Of a DNA stretch of 58,679 nucleotides, positions 9,410-20,324 are shown piece by piece (the first letter of the stretch is position 1; each line of letters begins with the position of its first letter). The stretch lies in contig JBKBSV010000001.1 in assembly GCA_046291115.1 (NCBI GenBank), forward strand, positions 1 through 58,679, given 5' to 3'. This stretch comes from Novosphingobium sp. (GTDB lineage Bacteria; Pseudomonadota; Alphaproteobacteria; Sphingomonadales; Sphingomonadaceae). The translations under genes and the position numbers were made by a program. Under the pieces are notes generated by a model. That model was not told the DNA's origin, searched no databases, and worked only from the letters and a program-made list of their open reading frames with translations.

Positions 9410-10921
9410 ATGGCCGAACCCATTCCTTTCCCCCGCGCCGATGAAACTGCCGCCCGCGCGCTGCCGTCCAATGTTGAGGCGGAAGCCGCCTTCCTGGGCG
9501 CGGCGCTGATCGACAACCGGGTGATCGAGGAACTGGTCACGCCGCTCAGGCCCGATCACTTCTTTGAGCCGGTCCATGGCCGCATCTTCGAGCGGATCCT
9601 GCAATTGCTCGATCGCAAGGCGGTGGTCACGCCGGTGACGCTGAAGCCCTATTTCGAAGCGGACGAGGCGCTGAAGGAGCTGGGCGGGGCGGCCTACCTC
9701 GCCCGGCTGACCGCTGACGGGCAAGGCCTGCTGGCCCCGCGCGAACTGGCCGAGCAGATCTATGATCTGGCCCTGCTGCGCGAACTGGTCGCGGTCGGGC
9801 GTGACCTGGTCAATTCGGCGCTCGACACGTCGCAAAGCGTCGAGCCGCAGGAACAGATCGCCCAGGCCGAAGCCGCGCTTTACAAAGTGGCCGAAGGCGC
9901 TTCCACCGCCAGCGAGGCGCAAGGCTTTGCCGCCGCCACCCGCACTGCGCTCGGCATGATCGAAACCGCGCTGCTTTCCGGCGGTCACATTTCAGGCAAG
10001 ACCACCGGGTTGACCAGCGTGAACGAGAAGATCGGCGGCCTGCACGATTCCGACCTGATCATCCTCGCCGGCCGTCCGGGCATGGGCAAGACCTCGCTTG
10101 CTACCAATATCGCCTTCAACGCGGCCGACCGGTTGCGGCGCGATCTGGCTGATGGCATTCCGGCGGAAAAATCGGTTGGCGCGGCCACCGCCTTCTTCAG
10201 CCTGGAAATGAGTGCGGATCAGCTTGCCACCCGCATCCTCGCCGAACAGTCCGGGATCAGCAGCGAAGCGCTGCGCATGGGCAAGATCAGCCGCGAGGAT
10301 TTCCAGCAGCTGTCCTATGCCAGCCAGCGCCTGGCCGAACTGCCGCTCTACATCGACGATACCCCGGCGCTGTCAATCGCCGCGCTGCGAACCCGCGCGC
10401 GGCGATTGAAGCGGCGATACGATATCGGCCTGATCGTGGTTGACTATCTCCAGCTGCTGCAAGGCTCCGGCCGCTCGACCGACAACCGCGTCAATGAAAT
10501 CTCGGAAATCAGCCGCGGTTTGAAGACGCTGGCCAAGGAGCTTTCGGTTCCGGTGATTGCGCTCTCGCAGCTCTCGCGCGCGGTCGAGCAGCGCGACGAC
10601 AAGCGCCCGCAGCTGTCGGATTTGCGCGAATCCGGCTCGATCGAGCAGGACGCCGACATGGTCTGGTTCGTGTTCCGCGAGGATTACTATCACGCCGCCA
10701 AGGAACCCAAGCTGCCCGAAGGCGCCTGCGCCGATGCCGCGACCGAGGCCAAGTACAATGAATGGCGCGAGGAGATGGAGCGGATCCACGGCCTTGCCGA
10801 ACTGAGCGTTGCCAAGCAGCGCCACGGTTCCACCGGCAAGGTGCGGCTGCGCTTCGAAAGCCGGATCACCCGCTTCAGCGACCTCGCCGATGAATCGCTG
10901 CGCTATGACAGTCATGAGTAG
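9410..10921 (+). CDS. dnaB: Replicative DNA helicase
   Basis: ILAGRPGMGKT, FSLEMS, VDYLQL, LSQLSR, DLRESGSIEQDAD. Confidence 0.98.
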   Translation: MAEPIPFPRADETAARALPSNVEAEAAFLGAALIDNRVIEELVTPLRPDHFFEPVHGRIFERILQLLDRKAVVTPVTLKPYFEADEALKELGGAAYLARLTADGQGLLAPRELAEQIYDLALLRELVAVGRDLVNSALDTSQSVEPQEQIAQAEAALYKVAEGASTASEAQGFAAATRTALGMIETALLSGGHISGKTTGLTSVNEKIGGLHDSDLIILAGRPGMGKTSLATNIAFNAADRLRRDLADGIPAEKSVGAATAFFSLEMSADQLATRILAEQSGISSEALRMGKISREDFQQLSYASQRLAELPLYIDDTPALSIAALRTRARRLKRRYDIGLIVVDYLQLLQGSGRSTDNRVNEISEISRGLKTLAKELSVPVIALSQLSRAVEQRDDKRPQLSDLRESGSIEQDADMVWFVFREDYYHAAKEPKLPEGACADAATEAKYNEWREEMERIHGLAELSVAKQRHGSTGKVRLRFESRITRFSDLADESLRYDSHE

Positions 10922-11052
10922 GCAAAAGCATCGCTGATTCGCGAAAATATCCTTTTGCAATCAATAACTTGTGTGAATTTTTCTTGACTTTTCAATGGTC
11001 TGGCGGGTAACCCCGCGGCAACTTCCCGCAATTGTCAGAACTGGAGTGCCCG

Positions 11053-11397
11053 ATGGCGCGCGTTACCGTTGAAGATTGTGTTGACAAGGTTCCCAACCGG
11101 TTCGACCTCGTCCTGCTTGCCGCGCAGCGCGCGCGCGAGATTTCGGGCGGTGCCGAACTGACGATCGAACGCGATCGCGACAAGAACCCGGTGGTGGCCC
11201 TGCGCGAAATCGCCGAGCAGACCGTGCGGCCCGAAAACCTCAGGGAATCGCTTGTCTCCTCGCTCCAGCGTGTCCTGCCGGACGATGATGACGAGGTCGA
11301 TGCAATCGGCTCGCTCAGCCAGTCGGCCGAAGCGCTGCGGATCACTGCCGCGGCGCCGGTGCGTAACACGTCGATCGGCGGCGATTACGACGGCTGA
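11053..11397 (+). CDS. rpoZ: RNA polymerase omega subunit
   Basis: [28 protein letters not shown]...[11 protein letters not shown]. Confidence 0.97.
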   Translation: MARVTVEDCVDKVPNRFDLVLLAAQRAREISGGAELTIERDRDKNPVVALREIAEQTVRPENLRESLVSSLQRVLPDDDDEVDAIGSLSQSAEALRITAAAPVRNTSIGGDYDG

Positions 11398-11445
11398 TGA
11401 ATGGCGTGGGCCGGGCGATCTGCCCCGGACGGCCCCTGACACAGG

Positions 11446-11475
11446 AAGACGGCACCCCTGGGGGTGCCGTTTTTC
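11446..11475 (+). terminator. Rho-independent terminator after rpoZ
   Basis: AAGACGGCACCCC-TG-GGGGTGCCGTTTTT. Confidence 0.85.
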
Positions 11476-11489
11476 GTTTCAGCCCGAAC

Positions 11490-11530
11490 AGCCCTTGCCT
11501 AGCCCTTGCCTGGACCTAGCCCTTACCTGG
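11490..11530. repeat. Short tandem repeat, three copies of AGCCCTTRCCT
   Basis: AGCCCTTGCCT AGCCCTTGCCT GGACCT AGCCCTTACCT. Confidence 0.7.
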
Positions 11531-11546
11531 CGGTGAGGGGCGAAAC

Positions 11547-11921
11547 CTACCGGCAGGGATAGTTGCGGATGAAGTAATCGGCCATGGCCTGCTTCATGCT
11601 GGTGCGGGCGCGGACGGGTTCTGGATAGGTCCGCAGGTGTGCCAGCAGCTTGTCGGAACTGACCTGGGTGCCCTTGGGCGGGCAGCTTGACGGGCGGCCC
11701 TGGGCGCGTTCGGCCTGAAGGCGTTGACGATAGGCTTCGCCCGCGGCCTGGCCTTCGGCCCGCAGCAACTTGAGATCGGGCGATCCCAGCGCGCCGATCC
11801 CCTTGGCCTTGAGCGCATCGGCCTTCGCCAGAAAGGTCGTCGCGCTCATGTCGCCGGGTGCGGCGAGGGCTGGAACGGCCAGCATCAGGCTGGCGGCAAG
11901 GGCAGCCACGGCACGGTTCAT
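11547..11921 (-). CDS. Secreted hypothetical protein
   Basis: Signal peptide MNRAVAALAASLMLAVPALA; CPP and terminal YPC cysteines; GGAG RBS. Confidence 0.8.
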   Translation of the reverse strand: MNRAVAALAASLMLAVPALAAPGDMSATTFLAKADALKAKGIGALGSPDLKLLRAEGQAAGEAYRQRLQAERAQGRPSSCPPKGTQVSSDKLLAHLRTYPEPVRARTSMKQAMADYFIRNYPCR

Positions 11922-12019
11922 TACACTCTCCCAGGCGGTTGCGTTGTCTCCGGCTTGACCAGAGCGAGCTTGACGGATCATGAATATCTCATCAGCGGAA
12001 AAGCCAAGGACCAGTCGCG

Positions 12020-12427
12020 GCAAGATCATCGGCGATGTTGCCAAGGGGCGATGCTGTCCCGCGCGGCCGAGCCGGCGTATGGCGGGGGCAGGATGATGGC
12101 CACAGCCATGACCGCGCCTGCCTCAACAGCGGCCCGGCGCTGATCGGCAGCCATTGCCACGCCTGCGGGCAGGCGGCCCATGTCTCCCGCACGTTGGGCG
12201 CGTTCTTCGTTGATCTGCTGCCAGGGGGGCATTTTGCAGGCACGATCTGGCGGACCCTGCCGCTGCTGCTCGCCCATTCCCTGTTCCACCTGCGCCGTCA
12301 GCTTTGCGAGACTCAGGATCCGACCCGCATCGGGGCGTGGCGGCGGACCTGGTTGCCGTACGCATGCGCCAAACTGGCGCCGGGCCTGTTCACTATCGGC
12401 GTGGCGCTTTACGCCGCTGCCGGATAG
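12020..12427 (+). pseudogene. Collapsed and frameshifted DUF3667-family gene remnant
   Basis: GAMLSRAAEP in one frame, then CLNSG..LIGSHCHACGQAAHVSRTLGAFF...IWRTLPLL joined directly to a C-terminus-like FHLRRQL...IGAWRRTWL in another; first CxxC degraded to CLNS. Confidence 0.7.
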
Positions 12428-12459
12428 CGATCGGACGGCCGGTCAGCGGGCCGGCCCGG

Positions 12460-14391
12460 TCAGGCCGGGGCCTCGGTAAACCGCTTGCCGGCCCTCGGCA
12501 CGGCCGAGCCGTGCAGCGGCGGCAACACGGCCGGGCCGACCGAATCGGCCGGACGGTCGATCTTGCCGTTCTTGAGCAGCTCGGTAATTTCCTCGCCGGT
12601 CAGCGTTTCGTATTCGAGCAGCGCATTCGCCAGCAGGTGCAGCTTGTCCTCGTTGTCCTTGAGGATCTTGGTGGCGCGCTTGTGCGCGCCTTCCACCAGA
12701 GCGCGGATCTCGGCATCGATCAGCTTGTTGGTTTCCGCCGACATCATCGTCCGGGTCGAACCGCCATAGCCCAGGTAGCCTTCCTGGGTTTCCTCGTATT
12801 GCAGCGGTCCCAGCTTGTCCGACATCCCCCAGCGGGTGACCATTGACCGCGCCAGTGAAGTGGCGTGCTGGATGTCGCTGGCGGCACCAGACGAGACCTT
12901 GTCATGGCCGAAGATGATTTCTTCGGCCACGCGCCCGCCCATCGCCACGGCCAGCTGCGCGTGCATCTGATCGCGGTGATAGGAATAGCGGTCACGTTCG
13001 GGCAGGCGGACAACCATGCCCAGCGCGCCGCCGCGAGGGATGATCGTGGCCTTGTGGATCGGATCGCTGGCCGGTTCGTTCACCGAAACCAGCGCGTGAC
13101 CGGCCTCGTGATAGGCGGTCATCTTCTTCTCGTCCTCGGTCATCACCATCGAGCGGCGTTCCGCCCCCATCATGACCTTGTCCTTGGCGTCTTCGAATTC
13201 CTTCATCGCCACCAGCCGCTTCTTGCGCCGGGCGGCGAGCAGGGCCGCCTCATTGACCAGGTTGGCCAGGTCCGCACCGGAAAAGCCCGGCGTGCCGCGG
13301 GCAATGACGCGCGGGTTGACATCGGGGGCCAGCGGCACCTTCTTCATGTGCACGGCCAGGATCTTCTCGCGCCCCTCGATATCGGGGACGGGAACCACCA
13401 CCTGCCGGTCGAACCGGCCCGGACGCAGCAGCGCCGGATCGAGCACGTCGGGGCGGTTGGTGGCGGCGATGATGATGATGCCTTCGTTGGCTTCAAAGCC
13501 GTCCATTTCGACCAGCAACTGGTTCAGCGTCTGCTCGCGCTCGTCGTTCGAATTGCCCAGGCCGTGGCCGCGATGGCGGCCGACCGCGTCGATTTCGTCG
13601 ATGAAGACGATGCACGGCGCGTTCTTCTTGGCCTGCTCGAACATGTCGCGCACGCGTGATGCGCCCACCCCGACGAACATTTCGACGAAGTCCGAACCGG
13701 AAATGGTGAAGAACGGCACGCCTGCCTCACCCGCGATCGCGCGGGCCAGCAGGGTCTTGCCGGTGCCGGGCGAGCCGACCAGCAGCGCGCCCTTGGGAAT
13801 CTGGCCGCCGAGCTTGGAAAAGCGGTGCGGGTCCTTGAGGAACTCGACGATCTCCTCCAGCTCCTCGCGCGCCTCGTCGATCCCGGCCACGTCGGCAAAG
13901 GTCACGCGGCCCTGCTTTTCAGTCAGCAGCTTGGCCTTGCTCTTGCCAAAGCCCATCGCCCCACCGGCCCCGCCGCCCTTCTGCATCTGGCGCATCACGA
14001 ACACCGCCAGGCCCAGGAACAGCAGCAGCGGCAGCATCTGCAGCAGGACATAGCCGAGCAGGCTGCCTTCGTCGGCGGCCTTGCCTTCGTATTGCACGCC
14101 ATTGTCCTGCAGCAGCTGCTGCAGGCTGGTATCGTTGGGGATCGGCACGGTGGTAAAGCGCTTGCCGTCCTTGTAGGTGCCGGTGATCCTGCTTTCGCCC
14201 ACTTCGACCGACTGGACCTTGCCCGCCGCAACTTCGGCCCGGAACTGCGAATAGCCGACCGCGGGACCGGCCTTGTCGCCCTGCCCGTTGAACATCGAGA
14301 CGATCAGCAGCAGAGCCAGAAAGACCCCGCCCCAGATCATCAGGTTCTTCATCCACGGGTTGCCCTGGGGCTGTTCGTCGTTGCTGCTCAT
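12460..14391 (-). CDS. ftsH: ATP-dependent zinc metalloprotease FtsH
   Basis: Two TMs, [31 protein letters not shown]. Confidence 0.98.
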   Translation of the reverse strand: MSSNDEQPQGNPWMKNLMIWGGVFLALLLIVSMFNGQGDKAGPAVGYSQFRAEVAAGKVQSVEVGESRITGTYKDGKRFTTVPIPNDTSLQQLLQDNGVQYEGKAADEGSLLGYVLLQMLPLLLFLGLAVFVMRQMQKGGGAGGAMGFGKSKAKLLTEKQGRVTFADVAGIDEAREELEEIVEFLKDPHRFSKLGGQIPKGALLVGSPGTGKTLLARAIAGEAGVPFFTISGSDFVEMFVGVGASRVRDMFEQAKKNAPCIVFIDEIDAVGRHRGHGLGNSNDEREQTLNQLLVEMDGFEANEGIIIIAATNRPDVLDPALLRPGRFDRQVVVPVPDIEGREKILAVHMKKVPLAPDVNPRVIARGTPGFSGADLANLVNEAALLAARRKKRLVAMKEFEDAKDKVMMGAERRSMVMTEDEKKMTAYHEAGHALVSVNEPASDPIHKATIIPRGGALGMVVRLPERDRYSYHRDQMHAQLAVAMGGRVAEEIIFGHDKVSSGAASDIQHATSLARSMVTRWGMSDKLGPLQYEETQEGYLGYGGSTRTMMSAETNKLIDAEIRALVEGAHKRATKILKDNEDKLHLLANALLEYETLTGEEITELLKNGKIDRPADSVGPAVLPPLHGSAVPRAGKRFTEAPA

Positions 14392-14526
14392 TGGGCGTCA
14401 CGGTCCTTTCGCCCTGCAATGTAGGGCGCGGCGGCCGAATCGCAAGCTGGTGCGGGGATTCCTTTCGGGGCACACTTGCACGGATTTCGCGGTGATTGCA
14501 CAAGGCGGCGCCATCAGGGGAGCATC

Positions 14527-15666
14527 ATGGACCAGTCTGCCGCAATCGCCGGGGATCGCTTTGCCAGCTGGGGCCGCTTGCCCGCGCGGCTGCTGCTGCT
14601 GGGGTTGGGGCTGCTGCTGGTCGCGGCCGCTCTCGTTCCGATTCGGGCGGGCCAGCAGGAAAGTGAAATTGCCGGGTTTGTCGAAAATGTCGTCGGCCAG
14701 GACAATCCCAAGGCAGAACGACCGCGCGATGATGACCTGGCACTGTACGACCGGGTAATCCGCCGGATCGGGCAGGGGGAAAACTATTACCGGGTCACCG
14801 CCGAGGAACACCGCGCAGCGAATTATCCGCTGCGGCCGGGGGTGGCAGTGCGGCTGCCGACGCTGGCGTTTATCGCCTCTGCGCTGGGGGACACCGGGCG
14901 CGGGGCCGAAGTGCTGGTGCCGGGGCTGCTGAGTGCCGCCGTGCTGCTATTGGGGGGCACCTTGTGGGCCTGGTGGCGGCGCTTTGGGGACGAGGGGCTG
15001 GACCCGCGCACCCGCCGCATCGCGATGGCGCTCTTGTTCTTCGGCGCGGCCTTGGGGCTTAACCGCTATTACTTCGTCCTTCACGAACTGTGGGCCGGAA
15101 TGCTGATCGCGCTGGCCATGGGCCTGCACCGACCGGGGCGTAAATGGCTGGCCGCCCTGGTGGTCGCGGGCCTTGCCCTGGCGATCCGCGAGCACGTTCT
15201 GCCTTTCGTCGTGCTGATGGCCGCGATGGCCTTCTGGCGCCGCGATTGGCAGGAAGGCGCGGCCTGGATCGCGCTGATCCTGGCCTTTTTCGGCTATCTC
15301 GCCTGGCACCTGGCGCAGGTCGCGCAGCAGGTTCTGCCCAGCGATCCACTCGGCCCGGGCTGGCTGGAACTGCGCGGGCTTTCCGGCTGGCTGTCCACCG
15401 TGGTCTTGTCCAGCAACCTGCGCTTCCTGCCGCATTTCCTGGCCGGGCCGCTGGTGGTGCTGATGGTGCTGGGCTGGGCCGGATGGAAAAGCCCGGCCGG
15501 TGCCTTCGCGACGCTGCTTTACCTGGGCTATGGTCTGGCCTTCATGATCGCCGGGCGGCCCGACAACTTCTACTGGGGCGCAGTGATCGCCCCGGCGATG
15601 TTCGTCGGGCTGGCGTTCACGCCGATGGCGCTGAAAAGCCTGCTGCGGGTTGCCAGAGCCGGTTGA
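14527..15666 (+). CDS. Polytopic membrane protein of unknown function
   Basis: Many hydrophobic segments; loop with DDDLALY...YY...YP...VRLPT; HELWAG; RPDNFYWG. Confidence 0.8.
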   Translation: MDQSAAIAGDRFASWGRLPARLLLLGLGLLLVAAALVPIRAGQQESEIAGFVENVVGQDNPKAERPRDDDLALYDRVIRRIGQGENYYRVTAEEHRAANYPLRPGVAVRLPTLAFIASALGDTGRGAEVLVPGLLSAAVLLLGGTLWAWWRRFGDEGLDPRTRRIAMALLFFGAALGLNRYYFVLHELWAGMLIALAMGLHRPGRKWLAALVVAGLALAIREHVLPFVVLMAAMAFWRRDWQEGAAWIALILAFFGYLAWHLAQVAQQVLPSDPLGPGWLELRGLSGWLSTVVLSSNLRFLPHFLAGPLVVLMVLGWAGWKSPAGAFATLLYLGYGLAFMIAGRPDNFYWGAVIAPAMFVGLAFTPMALKSLLRVARAG

Positions 15667-16065
15667 TCAGGACGTCAGTTCCTCAATCCGGTGGTGCGGC
15701 AGCGTCCGCCAGGCTGCGACCAGCACAATCACATGGGCCAGTTCGACCATGATTGGCAATGGCCAGCCGGGGTAGGTGCCGTCCATCGCCAGGCTGGCCA
15801 TGCGTACCGCTGCAGCCATGCCCATCAGCCCGGCCGGAACGAGCAGCAGATCGGCATTGCGACGCCACGCCCCGATCATCATGCAGAGTGCTATGACTAC
15901 GAAGAAGGCAGTAAAGTCCGCCCGCATCGTGCTCATGCCTTGAGTGCCCAGGGGTGAAACACCCAGGCCAGCCCCGGTTTCCAGCGGGTTGAACAAGAAG
16001 TTGAGGCCCATGAACAGATCGAGCAGGCCCAGCAGAAAGACCACGGCCGTAATTGCAAAGCGCAT
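15667..16065 (-). CDS. DUF4345-like membrane protein
   Basis: Four TMs; STMRADFTAFF; R..SL..DG motif. Confidence 0.7.
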   Translation of the reverse strand: MRFAITAVVFLLGLLDLFMGLNFLFNPLETGAGLGVSPLGTQGMSTMRADFTAFFVVIALCMMIGAWRRNADLLLVPAGLMGMAAAVRMASLAMDGTYPGWPLPIMVELAHVIVLVAAWRTLPHHRIEELTS

Positions 16066-16171
16066 GACGTTAACCTCCTCCGTTTATCCTATATTTGCCA
16101 CCCTGCCCCAATCCGGCGCTTTCGCAAAGCCTGTTGCGCATGAGGGAAGGGCGTTGCACAAACGCGTTTCG

Positions 16172-17770
16172 ATGGGACAGCCCCGGATCCTTCTGGTAGT
16201 GGGTGGCGGTATCGCTGCTTACAAAGCCTGCGAGCTTATTCGCCTGATCCGCAAGGGCGGCGGCGATGTCACTTGCGTGCTGACCGAGGGTGGGGCCAGG
16301 TTCATCACTGCGATGACGCTCGCCGCGCTGAGTGAAAATCCCGTCCATACCACGTTGTGGGACCTGACCAACGAGGTCGAGATGGGCCACATCCAGCTTT
16401 CGCGCAGTGCCGATCTGGTGGTGGTTTGCCCGGCCACGGCCGACCTTCTTGCCCGCATGGCGCACGGCATTGCCGATGATCTGGCCACCACCCTGTTGCT
16501 GGCCACCGACAAGCCGGTGATGGTGGTTCCGGCGATGAACGTGAAGATGTGGGAACATGCCGCCACCCAGGCCAATGTCAACGCACTGGCCGATCGCGGT
16601 ATCCACGTAATGATGCCAGACGAAGGGGCGATGGCCTGCGGCGAATTCGGCCTCGGCCGCCTGCCCGAGCCGGCCGCGGTCTATAACGCGATCCGCCTGC
16701 TGCTGGGGCAGGACCCGATCTTTCTGCCCAGCCCTGCGGACGAGCCGGAGCTGGATCTCGGCGGCTGGGAAGCGGGCGGTGAGAGCGAGGATACCGGTCT
16801 GGGCGGGCTATCTGCGGGCCTGATCCGGCGCAGCGCCGAGCCGGCCCCGGTGCGGATTGAGGAGGAACCGGTCGCGGGCGAGTTTGCGGCCTTCGAGGCA
16901 GAGGAACTGCCGCCGCTCGAAGTCAATCTCGACAGTCCGCTGCTGTCCAAGAAGGGCAAGGCCAAGGCCGCCCCGCCGACCGATCCGGAGGCGATCAACC
17001 ACACGGTATCACCGCACGGTGCGGCCCATGCCCCGCAGCCGTTCGATCAGGGCCCACTGGCCGATGATCCGCTGGCCGGCCAGCCCGATTTCGCGCCGGA
17101 CGAGGCCGCGATCGATCCGGACGGCCCGCTGAAAGGCAAGCACGTGCTGATCACCGCCGGGCCGACGCACGAGCCGATCGATCCGGTTCGCTACATCGCC
17201 AACCGCTCGTCGGGCAAGCAGGGCTATGCCATTGCCGCCGCCGCCGCGCGGCTCGGCGCGCGGGTGACGCTGGTGTCCGGTCCGGTCACGCTGGACAATC
17301 CGCCCGGGGTGGACCGCATCCGGGTGGAAACCGCGCGGCAGATGGCCGAAGCGGTCAAGCAATCACTGCCCGCCGACGTTGCGATCATGGTTGCCGCCGT
17401 GGCCGACTGGCGGACCATGGAGGTTGCTTCGGAGAAGATGAAGAAGCGCGGATCGGCCCCGCCGGCGCTGCGACTGACCGAGAACCCGGATATCCTCGCC
17501 ATGGTTTCGGTCAGCGACAAGCGCCCGAAACTGGTGGTCGGCTTTGCCGCCGAAACCGAAAATGTGGTCGAGCACGCCAAAGAAAAGCGCAAGCGCAAGG
17601 GGGCGGACTGGATCGTCGCAAATGACGTATCCGGCAACGTGATGGGCGGCGATGCCAATGCCGTGCATATCGTGACCAAGCAGGGTGTCGAGAGCCTTCC
17701 GGAAATGGCAAAGGGCGATGTCGCCATGGCCATTGTCGAAAGGATCGCCGATGCACTCTCCGCCAGCTGA
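16172..17770 (+). CDS. coaBC: Bifunctional phosphopantothenoylcysteine decarboxylase/synthetase with a long internal linker
   Basis: [31 protein letters not shown]; [32 protein letters not shown]. Confidence 0.95.
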   Translation: MGQPRILLVVGGGIAAYKACELIRLIRKGGGDVTCVLTEGGARFITAMTLAALSENPVHTTLWDLTNEVEMGHIQLSRSADLVVVCPATADLLARMAHGIADDLATTLLLATDKPVMVVPAMNVKMWEHAATQANVNALADRGIHVMMPDEGAMACGEFGLGRLPEPAAVYNAIRLLLGQDPIFLPSPADEPELDLGGWEAGGESEDTGLGGLSAGLIRRSAEPAPVRIEEEPVAGEFAAFEAEELPPLEVNLDSPLLSKKGKAKAAPPTDPEAINHTVSPHGAAHAPQPFDQGPLADDPLAGQPDFAPDEAAIDPDGPLKGKHVLITAGPTHEPIDPVRYIANRSSGKQGYAIAAAAARLGARVTLVSGPVTLDNPPGVDRIRVETARQMAEAVKQSLPADVAIMVAAVADWRTMEVASEKMKKRGSAPPALRLTENPDILAMVSVSDKRPKLVVGFAAETENVVEHAKEKRKRKGADWIVANDVSGNVMGGDANAVHIVTKQGVESLPEMAKGDVAMAIVERIADALSAS

Positions 17771-18224
17771 AGTCCCGGTTCGGGTCAGGCGCCTGCCCCA
17801 TGGCGAAGGGCTGGACCTGCCGGTCTATGCCACCGATGGCGCCGCGGGGATGGACGTTGTTTCAGCGGAAGACGTGACGATTGCGCCGCTTGCACGCCAT
17901 GCGGTCGCCACCGGTCTCGCCATGGCCATTCCCGCCGGCTACGAGATCCAGGTCCGGCCGCGTTCCGGCCTGGCCCTGAAACACGGCATCACCGTGCCCA
18001 ACACGCCTGGCACGATCGACAGCGATTATCGCGGCGAACTGAAAGTGATCCTGATCAACCACGGCAGCGATCCGTTCGAGATTCGCCGCGGCGACCGGGT
18101 GGCCCAGCTGGTGCTGGCTCCGGTCACCCGCGCCGTCTGGCTGGAGGCCGAGGAGCTGGACGAAACCGCGCGCGGCGAGGGCGGATTCGGCTCGACCGGG
18201 GGCGTGGTTGCGCTGGGCAGCTGA
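17751..18224 (+). CDS. dut: dUTPase
   Basis: [32 protein letters not shown]. Confidence 0.97.
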   Translation: MHSPPAEVPVRVRRLPHGEGLDLPVYATDGAAGMDVVSAEDVTIAPLARHAVATGLAMAIPAGYEIQVRPRSGLALKHGITVPNTPGTIDSDYRGELKVILINHGSDPFEIRRGDRVAQLVLAPVTRAVWLEAEELDETARGEGGFGSTGGVVALGS

Positions 18225-18226
18225 AA

Positions 18227-18252
18227 GGGCGAGTCCGTTTCCGGACCCGCCC
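18227..18252. terminator. Hairpin between convergent genes
   Basis: GGGCGAGTCCG-TTTC-CGGACCCGCCC. Confidence 0.6.
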
Positions 18253-18276
18253 GCTGGTTGCTGTGATCCTGGCGGA

Positions 18277-18966
18277 TCAGTACTTTCTCTTCTTCTCCGG
18301 CGCGACCGAAATGCGGACCGTTTCGCCCGAATTGCCGGGGAAGCCGGTGAACATCGCCTCGACCAGATTGGGCACAAGGTAGCCCAGCCGGTTCGATGTG
18401 CTGGCCGCTTCGGCCCGGCCTTCGAACAGGCGCTGGCCGTCGGCGCGGCGATCGATCTTCAGGCTGATGCCGCTGGTATAGACGGTGTAGCTTTCATAGC
18501 CCTGGTCAAACCACGGATCATACCACCCGAAACCCCAGACGGCGCGTGGGTAATAGGGGTGGTAGAAACCACGGCGGCCCCAGTGGCCCCAGCGCGGATA
18601 ACCGTACCAGCTCGACCAGTAGGGATCGGCAAAGCCGGTGGAGCGGACCTGGGTGCGGCCCTTGTCGACCCCGTAATCGAACCGCACCACCAGGTCGGCC
18701 GTGGCCGGATCGGCGGCCGGCTGATAGCCCAGCTGCCGCATCCGCGCATCGACCAGGCCGGCATATTGCGCGAATTCCAGCCCGCCGGCCAGTGCCGGAC
18801 TATCGGCAACGATCGCAAAGGTCTGCCCCTGCGGCGCCGGGAGCTGGGCTGAAAAGCGCTGCACGTCGGCCTTGAACGGTGTCGCGCAAGCGGCCAGCGT
18901 GGCCAGCATCAGCGGCACCAGCGCAAGCCTGATCCAGCCAAGCGGCGAGCGGTGTTCGTTACCCAT
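18277..18966 (-). CDS. DUF4136-like lipoprotein
   Basis: Lipobox TLAAC; aromatic/Gly-rich loop; LFEGRA; FPGNSGET. Confidence 0.8.
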   Translation of the reverse strand: MGNEHRSPLGWIRLALVPLMLATLAACATPFKADVQRFSAQLPAPQGQTFAIVADSPALAGGLEFAQYAGLVDARMRQLGYQPAADPATADLVVRFDYGVDKGRTQVRSTGFADPYWSSWYGYPRWGHWGRRGFYHPYYPRAVWGFGWYDPWFDQGYESYTVYTSGISLKIDRRADGQRLFEGRAEAASTSNRLGYLVPNLVEAMFTGFPGNSGETVRISVAPEKKRKY

Positions 18967-19081
18967 CGACCCAATCCCATCGTTGCGTGCCGCCCGCGAA
19001 TCGCGCGCGGATCGGCGAAAAGTTTAGAAGTTCGGCCAGGCTGCGCCAATCCGGCTTAATCGGGCTTGAATGGAACCGGTT

Positions 19082-20320
19082 TCACAGCTGTTCGGCAATC
19101 ACTCCTGCCGCGATCAGGGCGGCGATTTCCGCTTCGCCCAGGCCCAGCTTTTCCCCCAGCACGGCGGCAGTGTCCGCGCCGCAGCGCGGCGGGGCATGGC
19201 GATAAGTGGCGGGGCTGGCGGAAAACTGGCCGGGAAAGCCGATGAAGCGCACCGGGGTGCCGTCCGCGCGGGTCATTTCGTGGACCAGTCCGCGCGCCTG
19301 AACTTGCGGATGCTCCAGCGTTTCGGGGATCGTGTTGATCCGCCCGCACGGCAGCTTGGCCGCTTCCAGCGCGGCCAGCAGCGCGTCTGATTGCCAGCTG
19401 GCGATTGCCGGTTCGATCGCGGCGAACATCGCGGCGCGGTTGGCGCTGCGGTTGGCAGACGCGGCAAAGCGGGGATCATCGGCCAGGTCGGCCAGACCCA
19501 GCACCTTGCACAGATCGCGGAACTGGCGGTCGTTGCCCAGCGCGATCATGATCCGGCCATCGGCGCAGGCAAAGTCCTGATAGGGCACGATGGTGGGGTG
19601 CTGGTTGCCCAGCCGGCGCGGCTCCATCCCGCCGTTGAGCCAGCCCGAAGCCTGGTTGGCGAGCAGCGCGACCTGCGAATCGAGCAGGGCAAGATCGATG
19701 TGCTGGCCTTGGCCGGTGCGATGGCGGTGTTGCAGCGCGGCGAGGATCGCGATCACGGCGTAAAGCCCGGTCGAAAGATCGCTGATCGGGATGCCGACCT
19801 TGAGCGGCCCGGCACCCGGTTCGCCATCAGGCAGGCCGGTCACGCTCATCAGGCCGCTCATCCCCTGGATCAGGAAATCATAGCCGCCCTTGTCCTTTTC
19901 CGGCCCGGTCTGGCCGAACCCGGTGATCGAGCAATAGATCAGGTCCGGCTTGACCGCTTTGAGCGAAGCATAGTCCAGCCCGTACTTGGCCAGGCCGCCG
20001 ACCCGGAAATTCTCCAGCACGATGTCGGCCTGTTCGGCCAGCTGGCGGATCAGCGCCTGGCCTTCTGGCCGGGCGATATCGATCGCAACCGAGCGCTTGT
20101 TGCGGTTGGCGCAGAGGTAATAGGCCGAATCGCCCGATCCGTCCTCAAGGAACGGCGGGCCCCAGCGGCGGGTATCATCGCCCTGCCCCGGCTGCTCTAC
20201 CTTGATCACTTCGGCGCCCAGATCGCCCAGCATCTGGCTGCACCACGGCCCGGCCAGCACCCGCGCCAGATCAAGCACCTTGATCCCGGCCAGCGGCCCG
20301 GTGAGGGCGGGTTTGCTCAT
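19082..20320 (-). CDS. CaiB/BaiF family III CoA-transferase
   Basis: GIKVLDLARVLAGP, NRNKRS, ENFR, ITGFGQTGP. Confidence 0.95.
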   Translation of the reverse strand: MSKPALTGPLAGIKVLDLARVLAGPWCSQMLGDLGAEVIKVEQPGQGDDTRRWGPPFLEDGSGDSAYYLCANRNKRSVAIDIARPEGQALIRQLAEQADIVLENFRVGGLAKYGLDYASLKAVKPDLIYCSITGFGQTGPEKDKGGYDFLIQGMSGLMSVTGLPDGEPGAGPLKVGIPISDLSTGLYAVIAILAALQHRHRTGQGQHIDLALLDSQVALLANQASGWLNGGMEPRRLGNQHPTIVPYQDFACADGRIMIALGNDRQFRDLCKVLGLADLADDPRFAASANRSANRAAMFAAIEPAIASWQSDALLAALEAAKLPCGRINTIPETLEHPQVQARGLVHEMTRADGTPVRFIGFPGQFSASPATYRHAPPRCGADTAAVLGEKLGLGEAEIAALIAAGVIAEQL

Positions 20321-20324
20321 CGCC

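Noticed and set aside
8079-10921. Prophage (lysozyme plus helicase)
   Set aside because: Host-type dnaB in a housekeeping context; no integrase or structural genes
10925-11040. AT-rich patch as foreign DNA or ncRNA
   Set aside because: Best explained as the rpoZ promoter (TTGACT at about 10984)
11490-11530. Possible CRISPR-like repeats
   Set aside because: Units are only 11 bp, have no unique spacers, and there are no cas genes
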